From contig JASBSB010000006.1 of assembly GCA_030149205.1 (NCBI GenBank), forward strand, positions 150,001 through 182,000: a DNA stretch of 32,000 bases, given 5' to 3'. A program made the translations under genes and the position numbers. A model generated the notes under the pieces. That model did no database searches. It had not been told where the DNA came from and saw nothing but the letters and a program-made list of their open reading frames with translations. Below are positions 26,280 through 32,000 of this stretch, one piece after another. Source of the stretch: Candidatus Heimdallarchaeota archaeon. Lineage in GTDB: Archaea; Asgardarchaeota; Heimdallarchaeia; Heimdallarchaeales; Kariarchaeaceae. The number at the start of each line of letters is the position of its first letter. The stretch's first letter is position 1.

Positions 26280-28262
26280 ATGTGGAAAATTGTTGGAGTT
26301 GATGTTGGAGGTACATTCACTGATGTGATAGCCATTGATCAAAGCTCTAGGGTTCGTGTGTTTAAAATCCCATCCACACCAGAAAATCCAATAGATGCAG
26401 TAACTAGTGCAATTGATACATTAGATGGTGACATAATTGAACTTTATCATGGAACCACAGTAGCTACTAATCATGTTCTTCAACAAAATGATGCCAACCT
26501 CGTTTTCATTACTACTCAAGGCTTTAAAGATGTAATTGAAATTGGTAGACAGAACAGACTGAATATCTATGACATTATCCCAACCCGATCAAAATCTCTG
26601 GTAAGAAGAGACCATAGAGTTGAAGTTGAAGAAAGAGTGTTAGCAACTGGGAAAATAGAAAAAGAAGTCACCGTTGAGGAATTAGATAATCTTAAAGAAA
26701 AAATCAAATTCCTGATGGATCATGATAAAATTAATGGAATTGCCATTGGATTTCTCTTTAGTTTTCTAAACCCTAGAAATGAAATATTGGTTGAGTCATC
26801 TCTTCAGTCCTTAGGGGTACCAATATCAAGATCATCAGCTATTGTTCCAGAATATCGTGAGTATGAACGCTTCAGCACAACAATCTTAGACGTATATCTT
26901 AAACCTGTACTTGAAACATATACCTTAAATTTAAGAAAGTCAATTCTCGACTCTGGAATAGTAAAAAATCTAGCAATAATGAAGTCTAGTGGCGGGTTAA
27001 CATCAACAAAATCAGTATTAAAAAAACCAGTAGAGTTGTTGATTTCTGGTTTAGCAGGTGGGATGCTAGCAGCAAAACATACATCAGAATTGACTCATAC
27101 TCCAAATATTCTAAGCTTGGATATTGGAGGAACTAGCACAGATTTAGGTCAGATTAAAAACTTCAATTACCAGATGAAAGATGAAATCAAAATTGCAAAC
27201 ACCCCGGCTTTTATTCCTGTTGTTGATGTTATTACTATAGGAGCTGGAGGAGGGTCTATTGTTGAATTAGACGGAGGGTTCCTAAAAGTCGGACCAGAAA
27301 GTGCTGGAGCAAACCCTGGTCCAATTTCGTACAATTTAGGTGGGGATAAACTTACCATTTCTGACATAAATTTAGCTTATGGAATTTTAGCTGAGAACCT
27401 TGGAGGAGGGATTGTACAATTAAATAAACCGTTAGCATTAAAAGCAATCGAAAATATGGCTAATAATTTAAAAACGGATGTAAATTCGTTTGTGGTGGGT
27501 GTTCGAAAAATTTTTCATGAAAACATTGTTGCTTCCTTAAGGCAGATTTCCACTGAGAGAGGAGAAAATCCCAATGAATTTTCTTTGTTAGGATTTGGTG
27601 GGGCTGGTCCATTACATACTGCAGAATTGGCAGATATTTTAGGAATATCAAATGTATTGATACCTCCATTTCCGGGAATTTGGTCTGCATATGGGCTATT
27701 GTTCGGAAATTATAGGTATGACATCAAAAAGACAAATTTCGAAATTCTTGATCATGTTAATGACAAAACTCTTGAAAAGAATTTTTCAGAATTGAAACAA
27801 GAATTAATTTATCAAATTGAAGACGACAGGATACAAATGGACAACGTAAAGTTTAGCGAGGTAATAGATGTAAGATTTAAAGGGCAATCTTACCATTTAC
27901 CAATTGAATGGAAACAAGACAAAACTCTACTAAAAGAAGATTTTTTTGAGGAGCATAGGAAGTTATATGGGTTTGTTGACAGAGCAGAAATCGTTGAAAT
28001 TGTCGCATTAAAGATGAGTGCTGTTATTGAATCTGAGAATGTTAAACTACCTAACATCAAACAAAAAACTTGGAATGAGAGTCCGGGAATGAGAAAAGTC
28101 ATTGGGATTGGAAATGTTGAAATCCATGATAAGGAAGAATTTTCAATAAACTCCTTGTATCAGGGTCCATTAATAATCGAACAAGAGGACACAACAATTT
28201 GGGTTCCACCTAAATGGAAGTTTCGAGTTGATAAACTTGGGTTTGTACGCCTCACAAAGTAA
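26280..28262 (+). CDS. Hydantoinase A/5-oxoprolinase ATP-binding subunit
   Basis: GVDVGGTFTD, HGTTVATN, EYERFSTT, DIGGTSTD, IGAGGGS, GPESAGANPGP, FGGAGPLH, GPLIIEQEDTTIWV. Confidence 0.93.
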   Translation: MWKIVGVDVGGTFTDVIAIDQSSRVRVFKIPSTPENPIDAVTSAIDTLDGDIIELYHGTTVATNHVLQQNDANLVFITTQGFKDVIEIGRQNRLNIYDIIPTRSKSLVRRDHRVEVEERVLATGKIEKEVTVEELDNLKEKIKFLMDHDKINGIAIGFLFSFLNPRNEILVESSLQSLGVPISRSSAIVPEYREYERFSTTILDVYLKPVLETYTLNLRKSILDSGIVKNLAIMKSSGGLTSTKSVLKKPVELLISGLAGGMLAAKHTSELTHTPNILSLDIGGTSTDLGQIKNFNYQMKDEIKIANTPAFIPVVDVITIGAGGGSIVELDGGFLKVGPESAGANPGPISYNLGGDKLTISDINLAYGILAENLGGGIVQLNKPLALKAIENMANNLKTDVNSFVVGVRKIFHENIVASLRQISTERGENPNEFSLLGFGGAGPLHTAELADILGISNVLIPPFPGIWSAYGLLFGNYRYDIKKTNFEILDHVNDKTLEKNFSELKQELIYQIEDDRIQMDNVKFSEVIDVRFKGQSYHLPIEWKQDKTLLKEDFFEEHRKLYGFVDRAEIVEIVALKMSAVIESENVKLPNIKQKTWNESPGMRKVIGIGNVEIHDKEEFSINSLYQGPLIIEQEDTTIWVPPKWKFRVDKLGFVRLTK

Positions 28263-28471
28263 TAAAACGCATATTTAATCAGATTCTTTAAAAAAGGTTA
28301 AGCTCAAATAGTTAAACAAACAGATTGTTTTATTTTTGACCTTGTTTATAGTATTCACTTCCTATAATACTAAAATTAAAAGGACCATAATTCCAATCAT
28401 TAAGCCAGACGTAATTAAATTGTCAAAATCAATGGTAAGATATACATAGCTATTCTTGATCTTCTTTCCTG

Positions 28472-29572
28472 CTATTGTAATAAAGTTTCATAGATACTCT
28501 CGTATTCAGCAATTATTTTTTCTTTGTTAAATTTCTCTATTACAAATTTCCTACCAAACTCACCAAATCTGTTCCTTAAACTTTCATCACCCATTAATTT
28601 TTCTAATGAGTTTATGGCTGATTCTACAGAATTTACCTCAAATAGGTAACCAGCAGAACCATGTACACACACCTCAGGGATGCCACCCACGTTTGTAGCC
28701 CAAACGGGGGTACCTGATGACAATCCTTCAGCAATTGTCAATCCAAATGATTCAATCTGACTCGGAGCAGCTAAAATGGAGGAAGTTGAAAACTCTATTG
28801 GGATATCTTTTGTTGGAGGCTGAAACATTATTTTATCTAAAAACCCCCCCTCTTTTGCAATCCGATGACAAATCGGTCTCTCAGGCCCGTCACCTATTAA
28901 TTTAAGTTTCCAATTAGGGTAATTTTCTTGCACTTCACCAAAGATTTTCACTAAAAATGGAATTCTTTTGACCGGTCGGTAATTACTGGCTGCCACGATA
29001 ACTTTTTGTTTAGGTTGATCCTTTGGAGAAAATAACTCGGTGTCTATAAAATTATAAACTGTTAACGGTGTTTTTTCAAGAGAAAATGTCTCAGTTGCAA
29101 GATTAGACAAATAATTTGAAACTGTTGTTACTTGATTTGAATTATTCAAGGCTTCTCCAACTATTTCCTTTATCGAGTCTTTGTTACCAAGTGTATGAAC
29201 ATCTGAACCATGAAGCGTGACAACAGATTTTGACTTAGTTCCTTTTGTTGCTAAGTATGAAGAAACTGCATTTGGGATGCCATAATGAGTGTGAATTAAA
29301 TCTAAGCTATGTTCCTTTATAGCTTTTCTTATTGTATTTGCTAACGGAATTGTATAAAGTGCGCCGATCTCTTGAAATAATGGATACTTCTCCATTTCAA
29401 CATTGTGAAAAAATAAATTTGGATTTCCTTGAACTTTTTCATCAAGAAATAAAGGCTTTTTGTAGGAGATAATGTGAACTTCATGCCCTTTTTGGGACAG
29501 TTCAACTGCAAGATTACTTGCAACCATCCCACTACCACCCAATGTGGGAAAGCCAACAATCCCAATCTTCAC
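28472..29572 (-). CDS. bshA: N-acetyl-alpha-D-glucosaminyl L-malate synthase BshA (GT4)
   Basis: MKIGIVGFPTLGGSGMVASNLA, YPLFQ, HTHYGIPNA, TLHGSDV, SNYRPVKR, GDGPER, ESFGL..AEG, TNVGGIPEV. These follow the BshA-specific pattern rather than generic GT4. GTG start. Confidence 0.85.
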   Translation of the reverse strand: MKIGIVGFPTLGGSGMVASNLAVELSQKGHEVHIISYKKPLFLDEKVQGNPNLFFHNVEMEKYPLFQEIGALYTIPLANTIRKAIKEHSLDLIHTHYGIPNAVSSYLATKGTKSKSVVTLHGSDVHTLGNKDSIKEIVGEALNNSNQVTTVSNYLSNLATETFSLEKTPLTVYNFIDTELFSPKDQPKQKVIVAASNYRPVKRIPFLVKIFGEVQENYPNWKLKLIGDGPERPICHRIAKEGGFLDKIMFQPPTKDIPIEFSTSSILAAPSQIESFGLTIAEGLSSGTPVWATNVGGIPEVCVHGSAGYLFEVNSVESAINSLEKLMGDESLRNRFGEFGRKFVIEKFNKEKIIAEYESIYETLLQ

Positions 29573-29691
29573 GGATGGTAAGTTTTCTGATGCTTAAAAA
29601 GAATTGTGAATTCGCTAATTGAATTCTATCACATAAATGGAACTATGAATTTGAAGACTAAAGTTATAAACTTGATTAACTAATTAAATCA

Positions 29692-30225
29692 TTGAACAGA
29701 CTAAAGATTGTTCATTACAATCAATGCGATAGAAAAAAATGTTCTGGTACAAGATTAATAAATTTAGGGGTGGCAAAGCAGGTTTCGATTAAACAGATCA
29801 AAAGAGAAGTTGTACTATCACCCTTCGCTGAAAGAGTGATATCTGCTGAAGACAAAGAAACATTTAACAAATTTGGCTTAGTGGGAATGGATTTGAGTTG
29901 GAATAAAATTGCTTCAGACCTCAACAAATACAAATCAATTTTCAATAAGGGAACACCTAGAGCATTACCATTTTTGGTTGCCGCAAATACAGTTAATTTC
30001 GGAAAACCTACAAAACTAAACACTTTGGAAGCGATAGGGAGCGCACTTTGGATTCTTGGAGAAATGGAAGGTGCTGAGAAGGTATTTCAATCTGAAAAAT
30101 ATGGAAAAAACTTCATTGAATTGAACTACGAGAGACTGGAGAGATATGCTAAGGCAAAAAATGCTCAAGAAGTTATTCAAACCCAGGCTGATCTCATGAA
30201 AGAGCTTTACTCAGATTTAGCCTGA
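29692..30225 (+). CDS. tsr3: SSU rRNA aminocarboxypropyltransferase Tsr3
   Basis: QCDRKKCSG, LSP, DLSW, RALPFLVAAN.VNFGKPTKLNTLEA. Confidence 0.92.
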   Translation: MNRLKIVHYNQCDRKKCSGTRLINLGVAKQVSIKQIKREVVLSPFAERVISAEDKETFNKFGLVGMDLSWNKIASDLNKYKSIFNKGTPRALPFLVAANTVNFGKPTKLNTLEAIGSALWILGEMEGAEKVFQSEKYGKNFIELNYERLERYAKAKNAQEVIQTQADLMKELYSDLA

Positions 30226-31958
30226 AGGAACACATCATTAATTAGATCATTAATGATATCAAATACGGGTGATCCACTCGTGATAACCTCAGTCTCATTA
30301 AAGTAATCAAGAACCTTCAGTATTTTTAGTTTATTCGTAAAATCTTTGAATCTGCGACGTGTGGTGTAGGTATCTGAGGCTGTGACTATTACACAGGTGT
30401 AATCATTTCCTATGGGATTTAAAAGTAATACATAACCTTCTTGTTCTATTTTGTTTAAACTACCACTTCCTAAGACCTCTCTGGAGAAAGTTGTTATTGC
30501 ACCAAGAAGAGCAGAAACCAAATATTCATCAATTTTTATCTGTGAATTTAATTTTCGAGTAAAAGCTGTTAATCCCGATGACTTCGTTATTAAGATCAAC
30601 GCAGGGACCTCATCTTGCTCTCTTGGTTCGTCTGAAGAAGTTGCTTGTTGTAATTGTAAAAGATTTAATAGTCGTATCCCCTCAAAAGCACTTAACTTAG
30701 CCAAATTGTTACTTTCGAACCATGACCTAAAGCCATCAATAATACCCTCAGCCTCACTATTAAACTCCATTTCTAAACTTACTGAAACCGATTGGAGTCG
30801 TTTATTTATCAGTTGTAACTCTTTTTTCTGTTCTTCTGTGGTTTCCTCTGTTACCAGGGTTTCCGTTACCTCAAGAATGATCTGGTTTGCACCCCTTTCT
30901 CGATTTATGCATAAATTTGCGTAAGCCTCAACAATGAAGAATATCATGTTATAATATGGATTTTCTAATTTTAGGATAATGGGTCTTAAGTCGCTTAATA
31001 TTTCAAGAATAAGTTTGATATCCTCTTGAGTTCCATCATTAATGAACAATCTAAAGAGAACCTCAAGATATATGATATTCAACTCTAAGATTTGAGAAAA
31101 TTGATTTTCCTTCTCAGCTACTTCGATACCTTTTTCCACAATCAGTTTTGCGTCACGGAGATTTCCCTTTTTCATAAAAAATACGGAACTTGCATTAATA
31201 AACCATCCAAAGGCATATCGATCGACTATGTTGATTTGATTTACATTCTTAAGTGCAAGCACAAGCTTGTCAAGAGATGAAAAGTTATCAAAGGTGGTTT
31301 CCGCCAATCTCCCTATGAAGATTTCAGCTTCTGGAAAGCTGTTTAATTTGGAATAAAGGTTAGCGAAGTATGCAAAAGTGGCAGGTTCTTTATCATCTGT
31401 AAGTGTAAAGAGGTGTTCTGCCTTTTCTAAAAAGGTTTTTGCGAGTTTTGTGTTGTTACTTTCAAGATAAAGCTTACTTACAAGGAGAGAATAAACTAAT
31501 GACATATTGTAAGTACTCATTTCGTTTAATGTCACAATCACTTGTTCTAATAATTCTCTTCCCTCCTCTCTTCTCCCCTGGACAATTTGACCAACTGCCA
31601 AATTTGCACCTACAGCACCAAATTCTCTCCTGGCCTGAATTAGAGCAAATTGATCAATTGATTCATTCCAAACTTTAAATCCAAGTGATGCTTCGTTTTT
31701 CATCATAAATTGAATGCCCTTCAAGTTGAGATATTGACCATAGTAATAGGGGTCTGAAACACTGTCAATCCAAGAATTCAAAAATTGAATTGTCTCATTA
31801 AATTTTTCAATATCTCCTGAATAAAGAGATTTTATGATAAGGAGTATATAGCCAGGTAATACAAAATTACTCAGTTGATTTTTTGGAATAACTTTCTTGA
31901 ATTGACGAGAATCAGTAAATAATTCGTATTTTCTTATGAATTGATCTGCAAGATCCAT
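30207..31958 (-). CDS. TPR-like helical repeat protein with C-terminal longin/roadblock-like domain
   Basis: Helical repeats (YYYGQYLNLKGI, GAVGANLAVG..VQGRREEG, SSVFFMKKGNLRDA); C-terminal LILITKSSGL...DEYLVSALLGAITTFSREVLG. ATG at 31958, but the frame stays open to the window edge, so the 5' end may lie outside. Confidence 0.65.
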   Translation of the reverse strand: MDLADQFIRKYELFTDSRQFKKVIPKNQLSNFVLPGYILLIIKSLYSGDIEKFNETIQFLNSWIDSVSDPYYYGQYLNLKGIQFMMKNEASLGFKVWNESIDQFALIQARREFGAVGANLAVGQIVQGRREEGRELLEQVIVTLNEMSTYNMSLVYSLLVSKLYLESNNTKLAKTFLEKAEHLFTLTDDKEPATFAYFANLYSKLNSFPEAEIFIGRLAETTFDNFSSLDKLVLALKNVNQINIVDRYAFGWFINASSVFFMKKGNLRDAKLIVEKGIEVAEKENQFSQILELNIIYLEVLFRLFINDGTQEDIKLILEILSDLRPIILKLENPYYNMIFFIVEAYANLCINRERGANQIILEVTETLVTEETTEEQKKELQLINKRLQSVSVSLEMEFNSEAEGIIDGFRSWFESNNLAKLSAFEGIRLLNLLQLQQATSSDEPREQDEVPALILITKSSGLTAFTRKLNSQIKIDEYLVSALLGAITTFSREVLGSGSLNKIEQEGYVLLLNPIGNDYTCVIVTASDTYTTRRRFKDFTNKLKILKVLDYFNETEVITSGSPVFDIINDLINDVFLQAKSE

Positions 31959-32000
31959 ATTACGTGAGTAGATCGAATTTAATCCCAATGCATAAATTAT

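Noticed and set aside
28263-28471. Hydrophobic open frame (…LMIGIMVLLILVL) on the minus strand between hydantoinase A and bshA
   Set aside because: The only ATG starts give peptides of about 12 aa or less, with no SD; most likely AT-rich terminator space between convergent genes.
535-31678. Remaining short ORFs (62-157 aa) nested in or antisense to long CDSs, e.g. 1167-1379, 4200-4406, 14776-15018, 18769-19119, 29721-30023, 30451-30924
   Set aside because: Shadow ORFs of well-supported genes, with no recognisable motifs.
1-32000. CRISPR arrays, tRNA or rRNA genes, transposases, selenocysteine or pyrrolysine readthrough, programmed frameshifts
   Set aside because: None seen by eye. The main ORFs are full length for their families, and the only structured GC-richer non-coding stretch is rnpB.

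Overview
AT-rich, gene-dense archaeal window with no sign of a mobile element or CRISPR array. The marker genes point to an Asgard archaeon, probably Heimdallarchaeia-like: archaeal Spt5, SecE, Tyw3, Tsr3 and a type A RNase P RNA occur alongside eukaryotic-signature proteins (Rab-like GTPase, ADF/cofilin, LRR protein, TPR protein with a longin-like domain). Left to right: SAM methyltransferase; ThiR-like regulator divergent from a thiBPQ thiamine importer; Rab-like GTPase and HEAT protein; then a ~15.6 kb minus-strand run (bshC, korA, LRR, rnpB, PIG-L/bshB, cofilin, amidohydrolase, APH-family kinase, korB, tyw3, secE, spt5, CheY-like receiver, beta-CASP nuclease, membrane protein, YyaL/SPATA20); then a TrxB-like flavoprotein, oxoprolinase/hydantoinase B and A subunits split by an unknown gene, bshA, tsr3 and the TPR-longin protein. 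Main observations: (1) an apparently complete bacillithiol-type pathway (bshA, bshB, bshC) within 13 kb in an archaeon, with an unusual Cys4 BshC and a divergent TrxB-like reductase lacking the NADPH motif; (2) a canonical-looking ADF/cofilin; (3) an identical 13-bp palindrome upstream of korB and between bshC and trxB; (4) an RNase P RNA gene missed by the ORF track. All family calls come from motif recognition; no database searches were run.
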